DNA from: Phoronis australis
Lineage: Eukaryota; Animalia; Phoronida
NCBI GenBank assembly: GCA_002633005.1
Contig: NMRA01000014.1
Coordinates: forward strand, 1,274,838-1,338,837
Reading direction: 5' to 3'
Length of the DNA stretch: 64,000 nt
The notes below the pieces were generated by a model. It had not been told where the DNA came from. It worked only from the letters and a program-made list of their open reading frames with translations, and searched no databases. Position numbers and translations under genes: made by a program. Of the stretch, positions 38,225-51,200 are shown piece after piece. Positions within the stretch are counted from its first letter, which is position 1. The number at the start of each line of letters is the position of its first letter.

Positions 38225-39200
38225 ATCTAGACACTGATCACTGTCTACAGCTGGCTCAGTAAAGACGGTATAACTTCTATAGGAGCTTCATACACCAGAA
38301 GCTTTTCGGCGAATTATGCCTTACACCCACTAAAACATCAAAGTCACGTTGTTATAAATGTACCTTTTGCGCATAGAGGGACACCTCAGGAGGCCGTCAA
38401 CGTATTAAATTCCTTCCAACTCAGACTACCCGTTATCAAACTTTTTCTTCGAGCAGTCCCTTGTTCAGTTCCCAAAATCGGTAACTTGCAATTTTTAACA
38501 CTTCAACCAGCAGGTGGCATGACATACGTATCCCCTAGCGTGCGCAGCGTGAAAATGGCCAATTACAGAACTGAATGAGGGACTGCTCAAAGAAAAAGTT
38601 TGATAACAGGAGCATTTGTTCGAGTTGGAAGAAATTAAATACATCGACGACCTCCTAAGGCATCCCTCTATGGCTCTATGCCCAAAAGGTATTTATAACA
38701 ACGTGACTTTGATTTTTTTATCAGTGTGAGCCATAATTCGCTAAAAAGCTTCCGGCGTATGAAGCTCCTATAGGGGCTACATCATCTCTACTGAGCCAGC
38801 TAGAGACAGTGGTCACTGTCTGGCCTGGGTGACATCTATTGACAGCTGGCAATGCACGGTCTACATTAGGGGGAAATGACGTCATATCCCTTGGCATGAC
38901 CAGTGTAAAATGGCCAGTTGCCAGAACAGGGGACTGTTTGAAGAAAGTTTGATTGCGGGAGTATTTTTTCGAGTTGGAAGGAATTGAAGACATCGAGGGC
39001 CTCCTAAGCTAAGTCTTAAGCCCGGTCTTAGCCTGGTGTCCCTCTGAGTCTAAGAGCGAAAGGTACTTATAACAACGTAAATTTGATGTTTTAATCAGTG
39101 TGAGGCATAATTTGCTGAAAAACTTCCACCGTAAGAAGCACCAATAGGAGCTTCACCGTCTCTAGTCCAGCTAGAGTCGTAGAGACGATGCTCACTGTCT
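38225..39200. mobile_element. Foldback element (inverted arms ~38230-38510 and ~38545-38822) plus a third tandem arm (~38900-39200)
   Basis: aagcttttcggcgaattatg and aaaacatcaaagtcacgttgttataaat recur as reverse complements at 38690-38750 and 39065-39120; same family as 1545-2440. Confidence 0.75.
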
Positions 39201-42200
39201 GATTGTGGACAAACAATTAACAATGGTCTGCCGTTGGTTAGCAGTGATTCTCTCGTTCTCAAAACCAGGGACGGCGCTAGTCGATATAGCAGCACTGCTG
39301 CCTTCCACCATATTAAAGGCGTGACTTTGACAAAACATGATTCATTATTTACCAGGCAGTCTGCACTGTACAGCACTCCATCAACCGGTGATCAAGTTAT
39401 CAACCTGGCTACACATGGTCGCCATTGTTGAAATGAAGGACATCTATTGGCCAGCAAAAAAAATAAGATTCTTGCTGCTGCGCGTATGAGTCAAGTAGCA
39501 ATAATAACAAATTCATTGAACATTTTTGAATACTTCAATAGATAAACATTTCATGAACTTGGAATACACGTGAAAACTTGACAAGTTCCTTCAAACTCGT
39601 TCACATTGATAAAAATTTATACTGCGCTAAATCAAATTATAATTTACTAAAATAAAGTAAATTTTAAATGAGGAGCGAAACTTGGCGAAATAACAAAAAA
39701 AACACGTTAGAGATGACGAGAAAAGACGACGACAGAGATGATGACGAAGATGACAGCTATGACGACGATGGTGGCTATGATGGACAATGCAAGTTATGAT
39801 ATCATTCATATGACGAACGTAGAGGTCAGAAATCACTAAGAAATAGGCTACTGAGTCTTGAGCGACACTTGGCCAAATTAACTGAAGAAAAGACGACGTC
39901 AGAGATGATGCGACCGTATTCACCAAAAAATAATTGATTTTACTGTTCACATAAACTTCCGATTATTTAACACAACTTACGGCCAAAGGAGAAAATGGGT
40001 GATTACAATAATTCTGACCAAAAAAATATCATCTGACTGCCCAATATTCAATTCCAAGTTCACGCATACGAGATCTTGAGATTACGGCGCAGGATTTCAA
40101 GTTCACACCCAGCCGTTTACAGCGTAAACGCAGTTACCTACCTCGACAATGACCAGATAGAAAAGTTTATTACGCGTTGGGTCGGCGGCTTAGCAAAAGA
40201 CAACATAAGAGACCGGCACGTTCAGGAGATGACTATTGTGCTGTCTCGTGTTCGGACAGTATTTTTATTATTAAAGTTCATTTTTCTGCAAGACGTACGC
40301 AAAGTAGCAGATTAAATATTCCATTTTTATTTCTATATGTTTATTTCGGCTATAAGACGCAAAGTAACGAAATTAAATATACGATGGCAGTAAAAATTTG
40401 TACCGTTTCCACAGTCTGGGGAAATTGTACAAATAGGACTATGTGTTTTTAAAATGCCGCTTTGATAAGGGACGACACAAAGTTGTGTTGTTGATTTTGC
40501 TTTTTTCACATTGTATAAGAATTCACTTTAATTGCTTTATTGTTGTTTTATTAGCTAATAGTTTCCCAGGAAATTTCCAGAAATCCTATAGTGTAACGTC
40601 ATTGAGCTATTCTATTCGGCAGTGACCAAGCAACAGCGGGGCGCACCGAATACGAGATCAGGCCCTTCGCTGGTCGGCGGGCATCGACTTCGGGTATATA
40701 GTTCTCAGTGAGCAGAAAAAAACGTATCAGCCTGCTGTCCCTAATGCACACTCACAATATCGTATGGAAATTGAGAGTTCCACTGGATGTCTAAAGGTGC
40801 GTATCACCGTCGGAGAATTTTACACGCTTAAACGTCCCCATTTTTCATCATTGACGTGAGTCCAGCCCACCCGGCGTGCAGCGCAGCTGGCGATCGTGAG
40901 TAGCGTAGTGAGAAATTGTATGGGTTGGTATGACTCAGCACTGTCTGCAAAGACAACCCATGTCCGTTTCTTTTTTGTCGTTTTAAATAGTCTACCGGTA
41001 CTTTACGAGCACGGAATATCCTGTTGTTTTATTCCTATGGCGTCGACTCCTATCCCGCTGTTCGGTCCGTCGCTATGGCTCAAGCCTGGCTGCCTATCGA
41101 GGTTTGTCTGCAACGCGACAGCAACTCTGTCTCAGCGCACAATATCTCGCCGACCATGAATTTTACGTGACTGGCGGATTGACAAGGCAAGGCGGGAGGA
41201 TGACCACAATTTCGATGTGGATAGGGTCCTCCAAATGGGCAGTGCCGAAGGCATTTGTTTAATCTTGTGTCCGTATTCGGGTGTGGTAGACCCCTTGTCC
41301 ATTAAATCCGCCTACGTGTTATAAAAGTTTAGCAAAACGTGGCCTATAAGTGCGGCTTTGCGGAGCATTTTGTTACCATGTTCAAAAATGATCCTTGTTA
41401 GTGTATAACACAAAAACTATTCGCAGTTACTGAAATTGGCTCGAGTCGAGTAAAAATAGGAAAACCCGGATTTGCTCATCTCGAGGTTTTTTTAAGTGGC
41501 CAGACTGGCTAAAACATACCGCATCACGTCAAATTTCAATAACCAAAGACTACATCGACTATTTATCTTATTTCTAATACAAAGCCGAAGATTGATTGCG
41601 TAAAAGGCGAAAGAAGATAGAATTGCCTTTCATATGCAATCGTGCAGAGCAAACACTAGTTAAGGGTACAAGTGAAGTGGTGTACTTTTTCTGCGGGCAG
41701 GGAAGTGTTGAGGGGGGGGGGGGGGTTCCGGNGGGTTCCGTGGGGTGTAACCATCATTCTGCTTCACACTCATGGACTAACTACACACAAAAATGTCACG
41801 CAGAAATTGAATAAACAGGTAGAGGGAACACTGATGTGATTATGTATAGCTCATTGCGGGAGGGAACATTAAGCTTACAAGGAAGACCAGTGAGGTCCGA
41901 TGGTCAGTACGAGCAGAGAAACAATCGAATTGGGGAGAACATCGACACGAGCCAACATGCAACATCATAATGGAGGAGATTCGAGTGGGACGGGGTGGTC
42001 GGCACTAAAGGGCCGCAGATTTTAAGACGACCTGCTTTCTTACCGTGACAGTGTTGTCGATGCAAAAAAATCATTTTTAGATCAAAAACTGTTTTCCTTT
42101 AAAACAAAGTCAAGTCGACAATGTAATGCATCAAAACACTCTAAAAATTGAATACGTTTGCATGGTCAAAACCGCAGTGTCAGTTCGTGTCGTATTTGCC

Positions 42201-42802
42201 GTGACTCAGTTGAAATTTTAAGGTTCAGTTAAATTTCGTTAAATTAAAACTGGCCAGTTTATTACCGGGTTATAAGTGGCTTAGATGTTGTAATGACGTC
42301 GTGTGCAAGTGCTAGAACTATGTAAGACCTTGAAATCCAAATTGATAATTATCGTCGTGTGCTTGTGAAGCGACTATAAACCTGTCCTCCACCGCTGAAG
42401 ACTTAAAACGGCTACAAATCTGCCGAGCCTCCGTTAAAACACCAACTTGATTTAGGCCATTCAGTTATGAAATTGGTCTAAACTAATCATCAAATCAGAG
42501 ATATAAGTTTTTGGGAAGAACTAAGTTCGTTAGTGATTGTGATCAGGTTCCACAAATTGGTTTATTGTCACACCGACCAATGTCCCAACTATCAGTTCCT
42601 TGCAAATCCAGAAACCATTGGCCACCCGATTAAGAAATAGGTAGAGACCAATTTTCTAAGGTAAGACGGATCTAAATCTAAAGTGCAATTCTTAAGACGG
42701 AAAGTGGGTTTATCAGCCGTTTTCACTAAATTGTCTGAAAGACAAAATGCCTTCCAATTAGACCTATGTGAGAATCTGCGATCAATTTTTGGGGGGCTTT
42801 AA

Positions 42803-43283
42803 AGGTGAAGGCAACCTTTTTTTCATGTCACTTTTAGCAAAAATAAGGTCTGTTGATTATCCCAGACATATTTTTCACTTAATTAAAGCTTTTCGTAATT
42901 TAATTGATCTCTCGTCCTCTACTCCGGAAGTGACGTTTTAGGAGGCAAGAATTTCGCGCCAATTTCTTTTTATACAATCAGACTGTGAGAGCTGTCAAGT
43001 CAGTCATTGCTCTGGCATGTTGACTGACTCGTAAACAAAAGCAAACGACGACCGAACTTATCACAACCGAGGTAGAACAATGACTGACTCGACTGCTCTC
43101 ACAGTCAGACTGTATGAAAAGAAATTGGCGCGAAATTCTTGCCTCCCAAAACGTCACTTCCGCAGTAGACGACGAGTAATTAATTAAATTATAAAAAGCT
43201 GTAAATAAGTGGAAAATATGTCTGGGATAATCAACGAACTCTATTTTTGCTAAAAATGACATGAAAAAAGGTTGCCTTCGCCT
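42803..43283. mobile_element. 481-bp MITE of the same Kolobok-type family, TTAA TSD
   Basis: TTAA|AGGTGAAGGCAACC...GGTTGCCTTCGCCT|TTAA; both arms align to the ends of the 6593-8533 element. Confidence 0.9.
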
Positions 43284-45277
43284 TTAAATGCGGCTTTTAA
43301 CCCGTCGGTGCTCTGTCAAAGAAACTGATTTTCAATTGTACCACAGTCACAAAACTGATCTCACCGCGGACTAGTTCCTTACTCATATGAGAAATGCATG
43401 GTTTTGGAGCTTGTTGTTTCTCGACACCACGGTCGCTACAAATAATGGCAAGCCATGACGAGCGACCTTGTAGAGCTAGCCTGGTTGTCGCTCATGACGA
43501 CTAGTGGAACTTTATCGAACTTGCTTTTTATTTTATGATTTGCGAATTGAACATATGCGCCTAAACGTGATGCAGGGAGACGTGTACACCTGAATTTTGA
43601 AGTGCAATGCTGAAACCAAGAATGTGACAAAAAGACCAAATATCACTGTTGGTGAGCTTCTGTGGTGTGCGACTGTCTGACATTTTGAAAAGCACGGCAG
43701 GTCAATCATGCAATGATTTTTTTCTGTCTCCACTTAAGGGAGTTCAATTCAAAATGGGCTTGTTCAATTGATCATTATCACCATTTTGCGCACCACCCCC
43801 CATTATCAACAATTGTGCACCCTCCCCTGGATGCCGCTGGCGTATCTGAACTACACAGATTTAATGATATTATCAACCTAACACATCACAATTCACCAAA
43901 AAAAAAAATTATAGCTGGTTGTGGCAGAGTCATGATTGAGCAAAGAATCTTGGAGCTCTCTGGGACATTTCACAATACTGAAGACAATAAAATTAATTTC
44001 GAAAATGTAAACCTTTAGAAAATTGTGAAATCAATCATCTCAGGGCTTATAAATTCTATTCGATTTCAAGCAAATGAATGCACCAGCTCAACACTAATGC
44101 TCTCATTCTAGTTTACAATAGGCCCACACCAAAGCTGAACATCAGGAACAAAACAGTTTAAAATTATACATTCAATGTTAAACAGAAAAATAGTAAATAA
44201 AACAAGCGTCTGGTGTCGGTATTAAAATATATTAATGCGGCATTCCAACATCTATTTTGTTTATTGATTAAAGTTCAATATTGTATCTCACCTGTAACCA
44301 TGATAAATTTTACAAATAATACTCATTTTTGACGATTTATACCTGAAAACTATGCCTGCCATGCAGAGATGTTTCACACATAACAATTATCTCGACATTT
44401 TTTTAATAAGGAAAGTTTCCCTGAAAGTCCTGCTTCAGAAACTAAATGCAGCTTGCAAAGTCCACAACATTCACCTTCCATACATCACATCCCGACCGAG
44501 TTAAGACTCGATTCTCTTTTTCAATATTCCACCACACGCTGATATGACTTTCAGAGTTTTAAACCATCTGCAGGGTATGCAATCTTTTTCTGTCAACATC
44601 CACAGAGCCATTGTAATTAATTAACAGCATTGCACAATTCGTTAATCAAAAACAACTGTTTAGTGGCACACTTGGTTTTCCAATTGACCTATCACCAGGA
44701 CTTTGAGTGACGGCTTAAGTGACCAATCAGAACACAGCATTCGTGACACACCTTCGTTTTCAAGCCGCCATTTCACCTGACAAACAACATGTTGCCGGGT
44801 AAAACTTATTGTTCGTTTGTCGACATTTCGAAAGGGGGCGGAGCTTGCGATAAGTCAATTGAGACTATGTGGCGGACATTACAACCATTAGGAGTTTGCA
44901 GTAAACAGAAGAGTTTCCTCATTTAGGCAACGAAGATCAGCGAGTACTGTGCTGGTTGGAAACGATAAGACAATACACAGAGTACATATAACAACTCGTG
45001 TTTTCATGGACACAGCTGATGAAGGAATGGAGTAGAAATTGCTGAAACACTTGAAAAATCACCATGCAGACCAGCACCACAGAGAAGACTGTCCATCATA
45101 CCACAGAGAAGTCTGTCCATCATAGGAATGATGTAGAAACCATCAGTGGGAGGAGCAGGTATTAGTTTAGAAAACAACACACCTCGGCCACTAGAGGGTG
45201 TTACTTGTAATTAAAAGTTCCATAGCACCATGATGAGTAGGAATGATTCAGTCCTCCTCAATGAGATGTGAACTGAT

Positions 45278-48200
45278 TCAGCTCTGATATGACTTTGGTA
45301 CCACCAGCAGTGAATCAGCATCTGGAACACAAATCAAAGAGACATGAACACAAGACAGGTTTCTTCATCGGGAGTTACACAAGGACTTCCAGTGCTTTAA
45401 TTTTGCAACGAGTCCCTAGCCGCCCCACGACAAATGAGATGAAAGTTCAACTATCATAAAAACACAGAAATCAACACGTGTTACAACTTGTTGTCAGGAT
45501 ATATAAAAATATTTATTGATAATAAATTACATGCGCCATGTGAGAGAGCAGTTGTTTTAACCTGCCATGTAAACTAAACATATACACAGAATGAATATTC
45601 TTATTATCCTCATCCATGTACACAGTATTACCATTCATGTCTACTTACATCCCTGGTGCAATAATTTATCCAGTATCAGGCCATAAAATGACTTCCGGTT
45701 AGAAGTTGTATCTGTTGGTGTAAAATACCTATAAATAAAATGAAAACTCAAAAAATTAAAACACTTTACACGTAATTACCAATACAACAACAATGCAATG
45801 ATTAAACACTACAATAAGCACCCAGGCACCTACATCTTGGCAAAAAAACAATTTAAATCTAAAGCTTCGTTCATGAGATATGCCATCAACAATATTGTGT
45901 AACATATGCTTATGAATAAAATGGAACTCCGTACTCTCTTTGATACTCCACCTTCTATTACTTGATGTCTGACCGGTGAACGCAGTATCCCAAATCACAT
46001 TAATTCTTTGAGATAAACAAGTTATGGAACCTCTTCACTGTCCCTCTTTTGTGTTTTTGCAGAATCTCTGATTTGGTTAATGGTTACCTTTCGTTTGATG
46101 CACACAAAATGATAGCAAAAACCACAAACAGATCATGACAAGACGGCCCATGCTTCTGTGATGCCCAATTCACAGTAGGAATGAGGCGAGAAATCGTCAG
46201 TTGATGTGCCTACTATTCTTTCAAATCCTAACCATTAATCAACAACATTTCCTGCATCATTCTGCTTTTCAACTCCCGACATCGCTGCTTATTTTCAAAA
46301 CCATAAGACAAATTCCCCGTGCAAATTCCTAATGTTCTATTTGCTTTTAACTCCTTCAAATGTCATCCATTCATTCATAGTTTTACTGCATGAAATGTGA
46401 CACTAATGCATTTTTATTGATTTGGAAACCATTGACTGTCAAATCACCAGCTTTCACCAGCAATATATGGCCCGTGTTTACTGCTGCAAAAACTTGCCTT
46501 GCTTTGGTTCCTAATGCAACCATGTATGACAAACGAAATGAAAAAGGTCGTGTTAATCATTACTGAACTGCAAACAAAGAGAATACAGAGTGCCTTGCGA
46601 AAAAACGTAAAAAGAAGACTGGCAAATGAAGCAAATTTATTCTCCAATTACATTTGTAATCAAAGAAAGATAAAAGGAGATACATTGAAGAAAACTGAAA
46701 AATATGAAATTTAAGAAGGCCAACAGATATTTAGACCCTAAGTTAGAAAACTGATAATTTGGGTAGGTGGCGAAATGACAACCTGGCAATTTTCTAAGCC
46801 TTAAATCCTGATGGCAGGTGATGTTTTAAGAGCTTCAAACCTACCAGCCAATATGAGTGCCACACTTTGGACAGAGACTGATCTGCCAGGCAAACTCAGG
46901 AAACCAGGAGTGTTCTGGATGAGACTGAAAGTGAACAGTATGCTTAATGAAAACAGGTGGGCAATGTTGGTGCAACTCAGGTGCTTTCCCATTAGGGGAA
47001 ATTCGATTCAGCGAAGCTTTGCCAAAATTTTGCTTATCTTTTTGATTAGACAGCAATATCGAAGGTGTCGTTAAGATGTGAGACGACGCAGTTCGTACTC
47101 TCACACGAATATTAAGTAGTGGGCTCCAGGCTAACTGAAAATTATTCTCCTGACATTTACTAAATGTTTAGGGAAATGATCGGGGTCATTCTTCATAAGA
47201 TATGCTTTCTTTTATTTACGTGCATCTGTTGAGAGCATGTCGGTTACAGTACATTGACGCACACGTTTTGTGATTCTCACGTGACCGTTAATCATTACCT
47301 CGACAGCTACCAATAATTTCGACGAAGCTTTGCTTTGACTGTTCCCACCGAAGTTTCGGTGAGTATCATCACTTTTAAATCCTGCTATTTTCAGCAAAGT
47401 TTCACTTGGAGATTAACTACCGGAGTTAACTCTTCCCACTTACTGTAACTTCGGTAAATGCAAAGTTTTGCCTCCAATGGAAAAGCGATTTTAAACAACA
47501 CTTAAACAATGCATTCATAAAACAACATAGATCTACCAAAAATTTTAATCTACTATTACCCCGGTTTCCACTGTCAAGACGTTCTAAAACACTAATTGGT
47601 AAAGCTCACAGTATTAGCAAACATTGCATTCATCCTTCGAAATCTGGTGATTGCATGAACAAGACAGCAATTTTGCAAATATTAAAAGGATACCACACCT
47701 GGTTTTGGCCCATGAACAGCTATTAAAAACAACTTTCCCATCCAGTTCTCTCAAACAAAATAATCCTCTGTAACCCTTGACAACTCTCAAAATTTTGGAG
47801 TTGGCTAAACAGGCAAGAGTGACCTATGCTTTAGGTGAATTACACCACAACTGTAAGGATAGATCACCCACCAAGAACCATCAGATGATATCTAATCTGT
47901 GACACGGTGAGTTCATAGTTAACTCTTGCTTTTGTCCCTCAATTGGGATGCCAATTACTCATTATCAGGTGAGAGAACGAGGATTGGTTGAAATCATCAA
48001 AACAGGGTTTAGAATCCTTTTAAGTGAATGGTTTACCATATTATGTTCAGTCCTGTTGGTTTGGCATGATAGTGCTCAAAACGTTGACACTCAATCTCAT
48101 AGTGAGTTTAGCTCGGTGTAAAATCGTGACATTAAAATGATAAAATTGGCATTAGTGACAGGTAACATATTGCAAAAGCTAAATCTAATCAAATTATTTC

Positions 48201-51200
48201 TTTTTAATGTTACTGTTTCGTTCACCAAAACCTACCCCATCCATGTTATAGACGCCCACATCTTCATCGCTTAGAGTGATCACTTCAAATGTATTACCTG
48301 AATCATAATGACATGGAACAGATGACTATCTACAAGAATGACCTTTCCATAGATAGACTAGAAAGCACTCAGGGAGCGTGCACCTCCATCAAGGTATCAC
48401 AGATTCCCTACAAATAGACTGTACTACATTCACAAGCTAACATGTTGGAACTTGTTGGTCCTATCAAACAGCATACATGACCATGATCACAACTCTCCTG
48501 TTAAATATGTGAAGTCATCTGAACCTATGTTAAAATGTGAATGTACGTTATGCAAATACACCTCAATATATGTTATGTGAATACACCTCAGTGTTATGTT
48601 ATGTGAATACCTCTGAATGTATGTTATGTGAATATATCTGAATCTATGTGATGCGAATACATCTGAATGTAGAGCACTACATCCACAAGATAACCTCTAT
48701 GTGCCTTCTGACCTCCTACTGGCTGTGTTTTATTGCCAATGAAAGGTTAATAAAAACACCTGAAATACATGTAAGAACTCTGTCGGGTTATTAATAAGAA
48801 GAACTATTAATATATAATCAGAGGGCAAACTGAGAGACAAACTGACAGTTTAAGAACACAATTTCGTAACATTTTCTGTGATTTCTTCTTCAGATTTCAA
48901 GAACAACTTTCTAATGTTTTATTAAAAAAATGACTTCTATGCACTCAGTTGACTCAGCGATGTAATTAAATAACAATATTTCCATTCATTTGTTCTCAAA
49001 GTGTAGATCACTTCGATCAACCTCAAAATGTCATCAATTGTTCCTTTGTTCATATTCGGTCTCTTGAGATAATTTCCAACAAAATTTTCCACACCCCTTT
49101 GACAGTGACGGACAAACAAAAGTACTTGATTTACTTGGCAGATGAGATGGATGGAGGCAATACAAATATTTGGCAAGATATCAAATAACTCATTCATAAG
49201 ATCCTGTGAAAAGAAGTCAGATGTAAAACAAAGAGTGACTTTGTTACCTAATCACTCATAAAAATAATAGCTATTACTTCCTCACCTTCTGGATTTTTAA
49301 ACAGTTGTATTAGCACATGAGATTTGCCAAGAATAGAGTCATTCCTTCGCCGAGTAGACAGTGGTGACTGGATTTGTAAAATATTCTTTCCATCACCAAC
49401 TTGATGTCCACAACTTCTACACAAGATCACATCTAAAATAATAGAAACATCAAAGCAGTTGCAAGCCTGTGTTTTCGGCCATCCAACTCAAAAGAAATGA
49501 ACTTTTGACTCAGGCAACTTACCATTATACACTGACCTCAACTTGTTCCTTACTCAGATAAGAAGTGAAGTGATTCCTGAGTTTGCAAAGAACAGATGGT
49601 TCATTAATCCTCTAGTCTAGTATACTCAGCACATAAAAAGACATGCTGTGAGGAGCCAAACTGTACATATTCGCAGTGGGAAATGTATGGAACAGGCCAT
49701 CCTTGCTTGTCATTTGATATTTTAAAAGGGTTGCCTTTTTTCATAAGACATTAGCACATCCTATTGCACAGAAGTGGAAATTTGCCAGCCTTTATAATAG
49801 CACGAAAGTTGTTATAACAGTCCTTACACACAAAGGGTTGAAACCTTTCATTCGCATTACATGACATCTGCAGATGCTGCTGAACGTCTGTCCACCAAAG
49901 ATCTGACTGCCATTTGGCAGGTTAGTGAATTTCAGTAAGGTGTGACTGCTTCAAAAGTCAACTATTATTGTCCTATTGCCCTTGTTATTGTTGTAAGGTA
50001 TGAAATTATTATTTTGAATCTTGTTGATGAGATGATGTTTTAACTACTGCACCTAATCACTTTGGATTTAATAAATTTACTTTACGAATAAGTGATTAAT
50101 GCCTACACTAGCTTTATGCATTTCACTAGCTTTCTCGATTTAGGTAAGGCATTTGATAGAGTTGATCATGTAAAATTGTTTAACAAACTGATAACTCACG
50201 GAGTGCCTGGTTGTATTATTCATTATTTTTAATGTTTTTGGTAAGCTAACCAAAGGATATGTATACACTGGGGTTGTGTTTTCTCAGATGATTTTACTGA
50301 ATCCAGTGGTGTAAGACAAGGTGGTATCCCGTTCGAATATTCATTCAACATTATGGTGATGGCTGAAGCCTAAAATGATCCATTCAGTCATTGGATGTAC
50401 TAGTATGATTTCTGATATAAAAATGAATCATTTCAAGTATGCCAATGACTTGATCCTTGCACCCTCTGTTGCGGGTTTGAACAAAGTAATAAACACTCGT
50501 CAGGTACATGACATTAAATGTAATCCATGGAAAAATGCAGTCATGGTAAATAAAACTAAGTTACTTTCTGGTGCTAATCTGTATCCCCTCAACCTCCACA
50601 TAGGGTTATTAGACAGGTGAATGAATATCAATATCTAGGTAATATTGTCTCACACATGTGATTTAACAGATTATGCTGATGTTTTACCGCAAAGGTAGAA
50701 AAAACTTGCTCAAACTAACTCATTAACTCATAAATTCCACGTGTGGCACTCCTGTAAAACTCAAATTGTATAGTTCAAATTGTGCGCCCATGTACACTGC
50801 TCACTTATGGTAGACATTTAATTCTCAACTTATAAACAATGCGCTCAAACATTTTCTGGGCTTTTCTAATTTTTCCAGTACTAGCCTTTTTGTACAGTCC
50901 TTGACTTTCAGTATTGTATTGCATTACGATGTAACCTCAGATGCCATTTTTGAGCAGGGTAACAATTCAGTCAATCACTTTCTCATTGTTATTTCTTCAA
51001 GTGACTCTACTGCTCTAATATCTTAGTTCATTGTCAGATGAGATCATTGGTAATTGTTTACCACATGGCGACATTGACCTACACACATGATTTTGGTATC
51101 ATTCGATTACGCCTACAGTTCTCACTATTTTATTGTCAAATTTCAGTTTGCACTCTTTCCCAGTTGACAGAGCTACGTTCCCTCAACTTAAAATTTTAGA

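Noticed and set aside
45064-45459. Possible two-exon + strand 90-aa ORF (MQTSTTEKTVHH...)
   Set aside because: Weak acceptor, no recognisable homology, and it lies antisense to the well-supported last exon of the CULT gene.
47685-47693. GTATCCTTT on the - strand in CULT gene intron 3
   Set aside because: A single motif deep in an intron with no partner site or adjacent exon; compatible with chance.
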